Source of the DNA: Bacilli bacterium
GTDB lineage: Bacteria; Bacillota_I; Bacilli_A; RFN20; CAG-826
DNA length: 64,000 bases
Assembly (NCBI GenBank): GCA_017635565.1
Contig: JAGBLE010000012.1
Location: forward strand, 17,234 to 81,233
Reading direction: 5' to 3'
The translations under genes and the position numbers were made by a program. The notes beneath the pieces are model-generated. The model was given only the letters and a program-made list of their open reading frames with translations. It searched no databases and was not told where the DNA came from. Positions 17,973 to 27,478 of the stretch are shown piece after piece (position 1 is the first letter of the stretch; every line of letters starts with the position of its first letter).

Positions 17973-19270
17973 AATTTTGCAAAAAGCTTCGCCTTTCTAA
18001 CATAATCAGTAACTTGTATTTTTGACGTGCACGAATAAGTGCATAGGCCACATTCAATACATTTTAATGGATTAAGCTTTTTAATTCTTTCTTTATCGAT
18101 TGCTTTTACCGCGTTCATTATTTGAACTGGTTCGAGATGAACTGGACAAGATAAAACACAACTACCACATCTAACACATGGTTCTTCAACATAATTTGTT
18201 TTATCCAAAATAATAATAGAAGTAACTGTTTTGGTGATAATACAGTCATCACTAGGAACAGAAGCACCCATCATTGGTCCACCTAAAATAAAGACTTTTT
18301 CTTTTTCTGGATTTCTATATCCTCCACATAAAGGAATGAGGTCTTTTATTGGAGTTCCTACACGTACTCTGAAATTTTTTGGGAACTTAATTCCATCTCC
18401 AGTAATGGTCACAAATCTCTTAATAACTGGCATATTATATTTAATTGCTTTATAAATGCCCACCATTGTTGAAACATTAAAATTAATAATTCCTTGATTA
18501 GATGGAAGTTCGCCTGGTTTAAGTTGAATTCCAGTCGCATTTTTAATCATCTCGACTTCCCAACCTTGTGGGTAATAATTACCAACTAAGCAAAGTTCAA
18601 TTCCGCTTCCTTCGTATTCTTTAATTACCTGTTGATATACTTCTTTAATATCGTGATATTTTGATTTAATACATATCTTGGCGTGTTTACAGTTAAAAGC
18701 CTGCATGACATATTTAATCCCATCCATGATTCGATATGGGAATTCAAGCATTAAGCGGTGGTCAGCAGTAATATATGGTTCACACTCAATACCATTAATC
18801 AAGATTGTATAAATTGGTTTATTCGTTTGAAATTTAATATATGTTGGGAAAGAAGATCCTCCTAATCCCACCATTGCACAATCTTTAATGATTTGAGTCA
18901 TTTCTTCTTTAGTTAGAGCGGCAATTTCTTCAGGACTTCTTTGATGTACTGAAGGATCAAGAGTGTCTTTAAAATCATTTTCAATTTTAATGAAATCGGT
19001 TAATTTTCCATTACGGTGATAATGTTTCTCAAGACCTAAATATGTTCCAGAACAAGTCGCGTGGATTGGTTGTTCAAAAAATGGACCTTGTCTCATTCCA
19101 ATGACTTGGCAAGAATTAACATGGTCTCCTTCTTTGATAAAAAGCTCAGCCTTAGGACAACGAGCGTTAGCCATTGCCAAATAAAGATATTTTGGTTCAG
19201 TATATCTAATCGCAGGTAAAGAGCCTACCAATTTCTTAGTATCTTTGATGTGAGTGGTTTTTGCAATCAT
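17969..19270 (-). CDS. rnfC: Rnf complex subunit C
   Basis: 433 aa with GLGGSSFPT and two ferredoxin motifs, CVRCGSCVLSCP and CIECGLCTYSC. Confidence 0.9.
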   Translation of the reverse strand: MIAKTTHIKDTKKLVGSLPAIRYTEPKYLYLAMANARCPKAELFIKEGDHVNSCQVIGMRQGPFFEQPIHATCSGTYLGLEKHYHRNGKLTDFIKIENDFKDTLDPSVHQRSPEEIAALTKEEMTQIIKDCAMVGLGGSSFPTYIKFQTNKPIYTILINGIECEPYITADHRLMLEFPYRIMDGIKYVMQAFNCKHAKICIKSKYHDIKEVYQQVIKEYEGSGIELCLVGNYYPQGWEVEMIKNATGIQLKPGELPSNQGIINFNVSTMVGIYKAIKYNMPVIKRFVTITGDGIKFPKNFRVRVGTPIKDLIPLCGGYRNPEKEKVFILGGPMMGASVPSDDCIITKTVTSIIILDKTNYVEEPCVRCGSCVLSCPVHLEPVQIMNAVKAIDKERIKKLNPLKCIECGLCTYSCTSKIQVTDYVRKAKLFAKL

Positions 19271-19381
19271 AATAGATTAATCAAAAAATAAATTTTTTCT
19301 TCGTTAAAGATAATATCACAAAAAGAATGGTTACAAAAGATTATCAATAAAAAGTTCCGTTAGGAAAAGAAAAAAATAAAT

Positions 19382-19437
19382 AAAATTTTTCAATTTTTCC
19401 ACTTTTCTTCCTCTATTTATTAAATGAGGAGGCTTTT
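19382..19437 (+). promoter_or_regulatory. Conserved leader copy A with an anti-SD/SD hairpin
   Basis: About 50 nt nearly identical to the reverse complement of 37656-37714. CTTCCTC (19407-19413) pairs with GAGGAGG (19426-19432) across the 12-nt loop TATTTATTAAAT. Confidence 0.55.
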
Positions 19438-19557
19438 ATGGATTGTCCCATAAATCGACTCTCTTGTTATTTGCCTATTTGCTATAGAGGTGACATGGAA
19501 TACTTAGTTATTCTTGTTATCATCTTATTGTTGGTGATACTCCTTCTCCGGAAGTGA
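19438..19557 (+). CDS. Small hydrophobic protein, 39 aa (MDCPINRLSCYLPICYRGDMEYLVILVIILLLVILLLRK)
   Basis: Below the ORF-track size cutoff. GAGGAGG lies 5 nt upstream of the ATG. Three Cys at the N-terminus, then a poly-Leu/Ile/Val TM segment and a terminal RK. Confidence 0.4.
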   Translation: MDCPINRLSCYLPICYRGDMEYLVILVIILLLVILLLRK

Positions 19558-19589
19558 TAAAAAAATGTTTCTCGGAAAAACCGGGAAAC
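19558..19589 (-). terminator. Intrinsic terminator reading on the minus strand, abutting the small ORF stop
   Basis: Minus strand reads GTTTCCCGG-TTTTT-CCGAGAAAC (9 bp with one G-U pair) followed by ATTTTTTTAT. No U-tract in the plus orientation. Confidence 0.55.
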
Positions 19590-19734
19590 AAAAACCAACA
19601 CTGGTAATATAGCATTTAGATAACAAATATACAAGAGGGTCTCCTCTTCAAAACATCAGTGCTTGCGCATAAAAGAAATATTCGAAATATAGTTTATCCG
19701 TGTTTTTTATTTTTCTTTATTAGATAATAAATAT

Positions 19735-22266
19735 ATGAAATCTAGTAAAACTCGAAAAAGAAGTATTATCTTCATCATCGCGATTAACATTTTCTTTGTT
19801 GCCGGATTATCTTTTGGTGAATGGACGCAAATCCAATCATCTAACGCTAGAACGATAGCGGCTAATAAAGAAAGCTTTTTAAATACCAATATCTCTTTAT
19901 CAAGTATGACAAGTAACTACATTCTTGGAGAAAGTCACTTATGTCGTTCTTGGTCAAACCATCTCACTCATGAAGTATCCACTATCGATGAGGCAATTGA
20001 TTTTGTTACTCATTCAATTACCGATGTTGAAATCATGTCTCATATTCTTTATAAAGATTCATTGACTGGCTTATCTACTAGCCCTAATTCAACAGATAGT
20101 ACCGATTTTACAGTCGATTATAATTCGTTAGGTAGTCAACTTTTCTCTTCAAGAAGTGAAAATATCAAAGTTACCCCTCGATACACCAATCCAATTAATG
20201 GGGCTTCTAGTATTGCGTTTTATTATTCAATACCACTTGTTGATCCTCTTGATTCAACAAAAACAGTTCCAGCATATCTTTTGCGTGTTGTTCCAACTTC
20301 AAACCTATCAAAAAAATGGACCTTCCCAAGTGGAGCGTTTGAACATCTTGAAGTTGCAATTATTGATGACACAGGCTCATATGTTATTTCTCAAAGCTCC
20401 TTTGTCGATTCAAATTTCTTTAATTTTTATACCTCATATAATTCCGTTAGTGATTCTGAACTCGATGCCTTAAAAACAAAAGTTTTATCTGAATCTGGTT
20501 CGATGGCTATGAACGATTCAAAAGGTGTTCAAAGATATGTTTCTTATTCTCAAATTAGTAATGGAGAACAGTGGACCGTTATTACTTCTATCCCAATGAG
20601 CGATATCAATTATGTTCAAATTGATTGGCTCACAATTTCTATTATTGCAGTTGGATTAGGAGTTTTATTTGCAATCGACTTAGTTATTTTCCTTATTCAA
20701 AGTAAGAAATTGCAAGAAGCTGCAAAATTAGCGGAATCCGCTAATAAAGCAAAAACTGATTTCTTGAGCACAATGTCTCACGATATCAGAACACCAATGA
20801 ACGCTATTGTTGGGTTAACAACAATCGCTAGAAAAGAAGAAAATAATCCGGAATCAACTTCTGATGCTTTGAAAAAGATTGAATTAGCGAGTAACCATTT
20901 ATTAACTTTGATAAATGATATTTTGGATATTTCAAAAGTCGAAAGTGGAAAACTAACACTTAATCCACTTGATTTTTTAATCGCTGATATGTTTGAAAAC
21001 CTAGTTAATATATCTCAACCAATGATCAGAGCCAAAAACATTAATTTCAGTTTTAGAGTGCATAACTTTGAAAACGAATGGCTTTACGCTGATAAATTAA
21101 GACTTAGTCAAATATTTACTAACTTGCTTTCTAACGCTCTTAAATACACCGAAGAAAATGGTGATGTTTCTGTTGACATAAAAGAAGAGAAGAGTGAAAA
21201 AGAAGGATGTATAAAGCTCATATATCAAGTCACAGATACTGGTATTGGAATGTCTCAAGAATTCCTTAAACATATGTATCAACCATTTTCCAGAGCGACC
21301 GATAGCCGTGTGAATTCCATTCAAGGAACTGGCTTAGGTTTAGCAATTACAAAGCGAATGGTTGATTTAATGGGTGGCGATATTGAATGTGAAAGTGAAC
21401 TTGGAAAAGGAACAACTTTCATTGTATCTCTTGATATTTTAATTGGTAAAAAACCAAGCGAAGAGATGATCTTACCTCCAACTGATATTTTAATTGTTGA
21501 TGATGATGAGATACTTTTACAAACTGCTGAACAGACTCTTATTTCTCTTGGAGCTACTACTTCCGTTGCCAAAAACGGAAAAGACGCTCTTGAATTAATT
21601 AAAAACAATCATTTCGATATCATCATTTTAGACTGGAAAATGCCTGATATGAATGGTATTGAAGTTGTTAAACGAATTAGAGAAAGCAAAGATAAAGATA
21701 TCCCAATTATTTTAATTTCTTCTTATGACTGGTCAGAAATTGAAAAAGACGCTCATGAAATAGGAATTAATGGGTTCATATTTAAACCTTTATTTAGAAG
21801 CAAGATTTATCAAAAGATTATCGACTTAACTACTGGTGAGAAAAAGGTTATCGATACTGCTGAAGATTTTAACTTCCCAGGAACAAATGTTTTAATCGTT
21901 GAAGATAATGATATTAACTGGGAAATCATCTCCACTCTTCTTAGTATGCACGGAATCACTTCCGAAAGAGCGGAGAATGGAAAAGTTGCGTATGAATTAA
22001 TTTCTGATAAATCAAATATCGATCGTTACGATTTGATTTTCATGGATATTCAAATGCCAGTAATGAATGGATTAGAAGCGACTAGATTAATTAGAAAATT
22101 AGATTTTGAATACGCCAAAAATATTCCAATCATCGCAATGACTGCTGATGCATTCTCAGAAAATATTGCTGAATGTAAGAAAGCTGGTATGAATGGTCAT
22201 ATTGCTAAACCAATTGATCTAAACATCGTTCTTTCTGAAATTAAAAAGATAAAAGAAAAACTATAA
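19735..22266 (+). CDS. Hybrid sensor histidine kinase with two receiver domains
   Basis: Two TM helices flank a ~270-aa extracytoplasmic domain. H-box FLSTMSHDIRTPMNAI; N/G boxes NLLSNALKYT, DTGIGM, GTGLGLAI. Receiver 1 contains ILDWKMPDMNG and receiver 2 contains FMDIQMPVMNG. Confidence 0.85.
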   Translation: MKSSKTRKRSIIFIIAINIFFVAGLSFGEWTQIQSSNARTIAANKESFLNTNISLSSMTSNYILGESHLCRSWSNHLTHEVSTIDEAIDFVTHSITDVEIMSHILYKDSLTGLSTSPNSTDSTDFTVDYNSLGSQLFSSRSENIKVTPRYTNPINGASSIAFYYSIPLVDPLDSTKTVPAYLLRVVPTSNLSKKWTFPSGAFEHLEVAIIDDTGSYVISQSSFVDSNFFNFYTSYNSVSDSELDALKTKVLSESGSMAMNDSKGVQRYVSYSQISNGEQWTVITSIPMSDINYVQIDWLTISIIAVGLGVLFAIDLVIFLIQSKKLQEAAKLAESANKAKTDFLSTMSHDIRTPMNAIVGLTTIARKEENNPESTSDALKKIELASNHLLTLINDILDISKVESGKLTLNPLDFLIADMFENLVNISQPMIRAKNINFSFRVHNFENEWLYADKLRLSQIFTNLLSNALKYTEENGDVSVDIKEEKSEKEGCIKLIYQVTDTGIGMSQEFLKHMYQPFSRATDSRVNSIQGTGLGLAITKRMVDLMGGDIECESELGKGTTFIVSLDILIGKKPSEEMILPPTDILIVDDDEILLQTAEQTLISLGATTSVAKNGKDALELIKNNHFDIIILDWKMPDMNGIEVVKRIRESKDKDIPIILISSYDWSEIEKDAHEIGINGFIFKPLFRSKIYQKIIDLTTGEKKVIDTAEDFNFPGTNVLIVEDNDINWEIISTLLSMHGITSERAENGKVAYELISDKSNIDRYDLIFMDIQMPVMNGLEATRLIRKLDFEYAKNIPIIAMTADAFSENIAECKKAGMNGHIAKPIDLNIVLSEIKKIKEKL

Positions 22267-22316
22267 AGCAAGCACTTTCTTGCGTGTTTATTAATTAAAA
22301 TTCACATTTATAGGAA

Positions 22317-24122
22317 TTATTTTCTAATATTTTTATACATTGGACCATAGGCTTCACACGCTCTATAGTCTTGACCTTCTTTATCCATTCCGAAAGCATT
22401 CCATGCGCTTGGACGATAAATATCTTTTTCAGGTACATTATGCATACAAACAGGAATTCTTAATATAGACGCTAAAGTAATTAAATCAGCGCCGATATGT
22501 CCATAAGAAATTGCTCCATGATTGGCGCCCCAGTTATTCATAACATCATATGCTGAAGTAAATGGATATTTACCTGTAATTCTTGGAGTAAACCATGTAC
22601 ATGGCCAAGTATAATCAGTTCTCTTCCATAAAGTATCAGTTACTTCATCAGGTAAATGAACGCTCCAACCTTCAACAATTTGTAAAACAGGTCCTAAACC
22701 TTTAATAAGATTTAATCTAATCATTGTCATTGGCATTTCTGCTCTTGTGACAAATCTTGAAGAATATCCGCCACCTCTAAAATATCCGAGGTCAGCATAT
22801 GGCCAAGTGGTGTGATTCATCATGTTCTTAATATCTTTATCGGTAACTTCCCACCATTTCTTCATGACTGGGTTACCATTTTCGTCTTTACATTCTCCAC
22901 AAGCATCAACACAGGTGGCTCCACTATTGATTAAATGTAAGAAACCATCTGCTTCTTTGGCGTGTCCATTAATTTCATAACCAGTTACTCTTTTGACAGA
23001 TTCACCTGACCAATAAGTTCTAACATCAGAGAACATTTGGGCACGGCCTGTTAATAATTTCATAAATAACATGCTTGTTGCATTTAAAGTGTCGTTTTCA
23101 GTACCTAAAACAAATGGTTCTCTAGCGCCATTCCAGTCAAATGTGGAATTGAGAATTGATTCTGGGAAATCGCAATTTGGATAGAAGTCAGTCCATTGTC
23201 TTTGACCTTGGAAACCACCAACAATCGCATTATGTCCCACCATTTCTTCTTCTCTTCCTTCTGGTAGATTTTTATTTCCGTTAAAAAAGTCTTCAATAAT
23301 ACACGCCATTTTGACAGTAAATTCCCAATCTTTTTCTTTTTGTTCAGGACTCTTTTGGAGTTCTTTTGGGTTTTTGTCAAAATCAGGACGGCAATATTCT
23401 TTAACCCATTTTAATGCTTTTTCATATTCTTTTTGGTCATAGATGCCTTTATCCATTCGACGAATGATTTCAACTTCATCGACAGACTCCACTCTCATTC
23501 CTAAATATTCTTCAAAGAAATTAGGATCGATAATTGAGCCACCAATACCCATTGTGACTGAGCCAATTTGTAAATATGATTTGCCTCTCATTGTGGCCGC
23601 AGCAACTGCAGCACGAGCAAATCTTAAAATCTTTTCTTTAACATCTTCTGGGATTTCTGTATCATCAGCGTCTTGTACTTCATGACCATAAATACCAAAA
23701 GCAGGTAATCCTTTTTGAGAATGAGTAGCTAAAACACTAGCTAAATAAACAGCGCCTGGTCTTTCAGTTCCATTAAATCCCCAAACAGCTTTAATGGTCA
23801 TAGGATCCATATCCATGGTTTCTGCACCATAACACCAGCAAGGTGTGACAGTTAAAGTAATATCAACACCTGCTTTTTTAAATTTATCAGCACACGCTGC
23901 AGCTTCAGCAACTCGACCAATTGTCGTATCAGCAATAATAACTTTTACTGGTTCACCATTAGAATATTTGATATTTTCTTCTAATAATTTTTTAGCGGCT
24001 TTCGCCATATTCATTGTTTGTTCTTCTAAGGATTCTCTTACTTTGATTTTTCCTCTTCTTCCATCAATTGTTGGACGAATACCAATCACTGGATAATCAC
24101 CAATAAGTCTATTTCTTGCCAT
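22317..24122 (-). CDS. fucI: L-fucose isomerase
   Basis: 601 aa. The N-terminus [33 protein letters not shown] and the length are typical of FucI. AGGAG RBS. Confidence 0.9.
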   Translation of the reverse strand: MARNRLIGDYPVIGIRPTIDGRRGKIKVRESLEEQTMNMAKAAKKLLEENIKYSNGEPVKVIIADTTIGRVAEAAACADKFKKAGVDITLTVTPCWCYGAETMDMDPMTIKAVWGFNGTERPGAVYLASVLATHSQKGLPAFGIYGHEVQDADDTEIPEDVKEKILRFARAAVAAATMRGKSYLQIGSVTMGIGGSIIDPNFFEEYLGMRVESVDEVEIIRRMDKGIYDQKEYEKALKWVKEYCRPDFDKNPKELQKSPEQKEKDWEFTVKMACIIEDFFNGNKNLPEGREEEMVGHNAIVGGFQGQRQWTDFYPNCDFPESILNSTFDWNGAREPFVLGTENDTLNATSMLFMKLLTGRAQMFSDVRTYWSGESVKRVTGYEINGHAKEADGFLHLINSGATCVDACGECKDENGNPVMKKWWEVTDKDIKNMMNHTTWPYADLGYFRGGGYSSRFVTRAEMPMTMIRLNLIKGLGPVLQIVEGWSVHLPDEVTDTLWKRTDYTWPCTWFTPRITGKYPFTSAYDVMNNWGANHGAISYGHIGADLITLASILRIPVCMHNVPEKDIYRPSAWNAFGMDKEGQDYRACEAYGPMYKNIRK

Positions 24123-24158
24123 ACATTATCTCCTAACTTATGTTATTTACTTAATTTT

Positions 24159-24171
24159 ATAGCGCCGCTAT
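24159..24171. promoter_or_regulatory. Candidate operator palindrome upstream of fucI
   Basis: ATAGCG-C-CGCTAT is a perfect 6+1+6 palindrome, GC-rich in an AT-rich spacer. It overlaps a minus-strand TATAAAAT -10-like box about 40 nt upstream of fucI. Confidence 0.3.
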
Positions 24172-24421
24172 TTAAAAAACAACAACACCAATTAACTGCT
24201 TTTTGTTATTAAATATCATAAAGAAATAATTAAGATTAGATAATTACATATTGATATTTTTTTATTAAATATTGTGTGAGAAATGAGAGTGTAATTTATG
24301 CATAATTACGTATTATCTTTATTCATTCATTATATTATGTATTGTTTTATATTTTAGTTGTTATGCGTTTTATTTGTGCTGCCTCGATAATATAAGCTAT
24401 CATTAAAACGAGGAAATGATT

Positions 24422-25456
24422 ATGAAGATTGCGTTTTTTGACACTAAAGATTATGACATTGAATCATTTGATTCATTAGTAAAAGATACTGATATAGAAA
24501 TTAAATATTTCGAACCAAAATTAAACATCGATACTGTTAAACTAGCCGCTGGGTTTGATGGAGTGTGTGTCTTTGTTAATGACTCTATTACCAAGGAAGT
24601 CATTGATGAATTGTATAAAAATGGAGTAAAAGCCATATTCTTAAGATGTGCTGGATTTAATAATATAGATTTAAAAGCGGCGTTTGGTAAAATACACGTT
24701 TATCGTGTTCCCGCTTATTCACCATATGCAGTTGCGGAACATGCGATGGCGTTATATCTAACTAGCAATCGTCGTATTCATAAAGCCTATAACCGAACAA
24801 GGGAATATAACTTCTCATTATCAGGATTAACCGGTAATGATTTACATGGGAAAACAGTCGGTGTTATCGGAACTGGTAAAATCGGAAGAATATTTATTAA
24901 TATTTGTAAAGGCTTTGGAATGAATGTCATTGCGTATGATTTATTCCCTATCAAAGATAGCGATATTAATTATGCTTCTTTAGAAACACTATTTAAAGAA
25001 TCTGATGTAATTTCCCTACATTGTCCTTTAACAAAAGAAACCACTCATATGATCAACAAAGACACAATTGCTTTAATGAAAAAAGGAGTGGCCATTATCA
25101 ACACCTCAAGAGGTGGATTAATTAATTCAGAAGATTTATTAGATGGTATCAAAAGCCGTAAAATCGGTTCTGTCTGCTTAGATGTCTATGAAGAAGAAGG
25201 AAGTTTATTCTTTGAAAATAAATCGGGGCACATTATGGATGACTCCACGTTACTACAATTAATTGCTATGCCTAACGTCCTTATCACTTCACATCAAGCA
25301 TTCTTAACAAAAGAAGCTTTAAATAACATCGCAAAAACCACGATTGATAATATCAATAAATTCTATAAAGATGAATATAATAGTGAATATGAAGTTTGTT
25401 ATAGATGCGGCAACGAAGCCCACTGCGCGAAAAAGAGAAACGCTAAGTGTTTCTAA
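24422..25456 (+). CDS. ldhA: D-lactate / D-2-hydroxyacid dehydrogenase
   Basis: MKIAFFDTKDYD N-terminus, NAD fold GVIGTGKIGR and SRGGLI. Start set at the second ATG (GAGGAA 7 nt upstream). Carries an unusual Cys/His-rich C-terminal tail. Confidence 0.85.
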   Translation: MKIAFFDTKDYDIESFDSLVKDTDIEIKYFEPKLNIDTVKLAAGFDGVCVFVNDSITKEVIDELYKNGVKAIFLRCAGFNNIDLKAAFGKIHVYRVPAYSPYAVAEHAMALYLTSNRRIHKAYNRTREYNFSLSGLTGNDLHGKTVGVIGTGKIGRIFINICKGFGMNVIAYDLFPIKDSDINYASLETLFKESDVISLHCPLTKETTHMINKDTIALMKKGVAIINTSRGGLINSEDLLDGIKSRKIGSVCLDVYEEEGSLFFENKSGHIMDDSTLLQLIAMPNVLITSHQAFLTKEALNNIAKTTIDNINKFYKDEYNSEYEVCYRCGNEAHCAKKRNAKCF

Positions 25457-25530
25457 ATGATAAATTCAAATTTATCCGATATTTTATGAACTAACATCAG
25501 CCAAAATTGAGCATTATGTACCATAATAAA

Positions 25531-25577
25531 ACCCCCGTTTCATTGTACAATACTGGTACAAATTTTCGGGGGATTTT
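25531..25577. terminator. Bidirectional intrinsic terminator between ldhA and tRNA-Ala
   Basis: AAAACCCCCG ... CGGGGGATTTT outer stem with an inner stem TTGTAC/GTACAA. A-run upstream and T-run downstream. Confidence 0.6.
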
Positions 25578-25585
25578 CATCTAAT

Positions 25586-25661
25586 TGGTGGATCCGACGA
25601 GGATCGAACTCGCTACCTCCTCCATGCCATGGAGGCGCTCTCCCAGGTGAGCTACGGACCC
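25586..25661 (-). tRNA. tRNA-Ala (anticodon GGC)
   Basis: 76-nt cloverleaf folded by hand: acceptor GGGTCCG/CGGATCC with the G3:U70 identity pair, anticodon loop ATGGCAT, T-loop TTCGATC, encoded CCA. Confidence 0.9.
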
Positions 25662-25673
25662 GTGCTTAATGAT

Positions 25674-25701
25674 TTTATAACAAACAAAAATATTTGTTCA
25701 A
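25674..25701 (-). promoter_or_regulatory. Candidate promoter for tRNA-Ala
   Basis: Minus strand reads TTGAAC, a 16-nt spacer, then TGtTATAAA (extended -10), 12 nt upstream of the tRNA 5' end. Confidence 0.55.
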
Positions 25702-25740
25702 TATATTTCTATGTTTTTTTCATTTTTATTTCCGTTTTTA

Positions 25741-25768
25741 TTGAAGAATAGTTTTACTTATGTAAAAT
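25741..25768 (+). promoter_or_regulatory. Candidate promoter for glnS
   Basis: TTGAAG, a 16-nt spacer, then TAAAAT, just upstream of the GAGAGG RBS. Confidence 0.5.
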
Positions 25769-25786
25769 ATGAGAGAGGTATTTCGT

Positions 25787-27433
25787 ATGGAAGAAATCAA
25801 TAATTTTATTAAAACAATCATGGAAAAAGACCTTGAAGAAGGTCGAGTAAAGCAAATTGTCACTCGTTTCCCGCCAGAACCAAACGCATATTTACACATT
25901 GGTCACGCTCGAGCGATTGTCAATGACTTTGAGTTAGCTAAAGCTTTTGGTGGATATACGAATTTAAGATTCGATGACACTAATCCAGTTAATGAGGGGG
26001 CAGAATATGTCGACGCTATTATCGATGATTTAAAATGGCTCGGATACACTCCTAAAAATATTTATTTCGGAAGTGACTATTTTGAAAAGACATATGAAAA
26101 AGCGATTTTATTAATTAAAAAAGGCCTTGCGTATGTCGATGATTTATCCCCAGAAGAAATGACTGAATATCGTGGTACTCTCACTGAACCAGGAAAAGAA
26201 TCTCCATATAGAAATAGAACTGTTGAAGAAAATCTTAAATTATTTGAAGAAATGAGAGAAGGCAAATACGCTAACGGGGAAAAGACACTTAGAGCGAAAA
26301 TCGATATGTCTTCTCCAAATATCAATATGAGAGACCCTGTAATGTATCGTATTCTTCATGTCGCTCACCACCGTCAAGGAAATAAATGGTGCATCTATCC
26401 AATGTATGATTTTGCTCATCCATTGCAAGATTCTTTTGAAGGAGTAACCCATTCACTTTGTTCTCTTGAATACGATAATCACCGCGTTTTATACGATTGG
26501 TTTATTGAAAAATGTGAAATGGAGCATGTTCCTCATCAATATGAATGGGGAAGATTAAATATCACTAACACTGTGATGTCAAAAAGATATCTCCGCCAAT
26601 TAGTGGAAGGTGGATATGTTACTGGATATGATGATCCAAGAATGCCTACATTAGTGGGATTAAGAAGAAAAGGTTTTACTGCAGAAGCAATCAAAAACTT
26701 CATCATTTACACTGGATTATCAAGAATTAATTCCACCACTAACGCTGACAACTTAGATTATTTCTTAAGAGAAGAACAAAAGATGAAAGCCACTCGCCCT
26801 ATGGCGGTTATTGACCCTTTAAAAGTTGTTATCGATAATTATCCAGAGGGACAAATTGAATATGTAACCGCTCCAAACAATATGGAAAATCCTGAACTAG
26901 GAGAAAGACAAATTGCTTTTGGGAAATATTTATATATTGAAAAAGAAGACTTCATCGAGGAAAAACCAAACAGAAAATGGAAGAGATTATCTGTTGGTGA
27001 TGAAGTTAGATTGATGTGTGCGTATTTCATCAAATGTAATTCTGTAGTCAAAGATGAAAAAGGTAATATTGTTGAAATTCACTGCACATATGACCCTGAA
27101 ACCAAATCTGGAAGTGGATTTGAAGGAAGAAAGCCAAATGGAACAATTCATTATGTTGAAGCCACTACCGCATTAAAAGCAACATTCAATTTATTCGAAC
27201 CGCTTGTCTTCGATGAAACTGAGGAAACAAAAGACAAATCATTCATCGAAAGATTAAATCCAAATTCATGGATTAAAGCCGAAGGATTTGTTGAAGCATC
27301 TTTAAGTGATACAGTTCCTCAAACAAGATATCAATTCATAAGAAATGGATATTACTGCACTGATAAATTATCCACAAAAGAGCACTTAATATTTAATAGA
27401 ACTTGCCCTCTTAAATCTTCGTTTAATGGGTAA
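25787..27433 (+). CDS. glnS: Glutamine--tRNA ligase
   Basis: HIGH motif PNAYLHIGHA and KMSKS-type VMSKR. About 548 aa from MEEINNF, matching GlnRS length and architecture. Confidence 0.9.
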   Translation: MEEINNFIKTIMEKDLEEGRVKQIVTRFPPEPNAYLHIGHARAIVNDFELAKAFGGYTNLRFDDTNPVNEGAEYVDAIIDDLKWLGYTPKNIYFGSDYFEKTYEKAILLIKKGLAYVDDLSPEEMTEYRGTLTEPGKESPYRNRTVEENLKLFEEMREGKYANGEKTLRAKIDMSSPNINMRDPVMYRILHVAHHRQGNKWCIYPMYDFAHPLQDSFEGVTHSLCSLEYDNHRVLYDWFIEKCEMEHVPHQYEWGRLNITNTVMSKRYLRQLVEGGYVTGYDDPRMPTLVGLRRKGFTAEAIKNFIIYTGLSRINSTTNADNLDYFLREEQKMKATRPMAVIDPLKVVIDNYPEGQIEYVTAPNNMENPELGERQIAFGKYLYIEKEDFIEEKPNRKWKRLSVGDEVRLMCAYFIKCNSVVKDEKGNIVEIHCTYDPETKSGSGFEGRKPNGTIHYVEATTALKATFNLFEPLVFDETEETKDKSFIERLNPNSWIKAEGFVEASLSDTVPQTRYQFIRNGYYCTDKLSTKEHLIFNRTCPLKSSFNG

Positions 27434-27435
27434 AG

Positions 27436-27470
27436 AAAAAAGCAAGAATGGTTGAGTTCTTGCTTTTTAT
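27436..27470. terminator. Bidirectional intrinsic terminator (glnS / DUF362 gene)
   Basis: AAAAAAGCAAGAA-TGGTTGAG-TTCTTGCTTTTT. Confidence 0.7.
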
Positions 27471-27478
27471 TTAAAAAT

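Noticed and set aside
19707-19889. A 60-aa minus-strand ORF antisense to the kinase 5' end. It could in principle be the transcript that ends at the 19558-19589 terminator.
   Set aside because: It mirrors the hydrophobic kinase N-terminus, has no RBS and overlaps the kinase start. It is kept only as context for the terminator finding.
22266-22293. The hairpin AAGCAAGCA-CTTTCT-TGCGTGTTT as a terminator between the kinase and fucI.
   Set aside because: The stem has one mismatch and one wobble, and the U-tract is largely inside the stem. This is too weak to call with confidence.
24280-24400. Tiny ORFs in the fucI-ldhA spacer (MHNYVLSLFIHYIMYCFIF and MRFICAASII) as leader peptides.
   Set aside because: They have no convincing RBS or attenuator structure. 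Such ORFs are expected by chance in AT-rich spacers.
25662-25786. T-box leaders upstream of glnS (25662-25786) and asnS (41380-41435).
   Set aside because: The spacers are only about 125 nt and 56 nt and are occupied by promoters. No specifier-loop or T-box consensus sequence is present.
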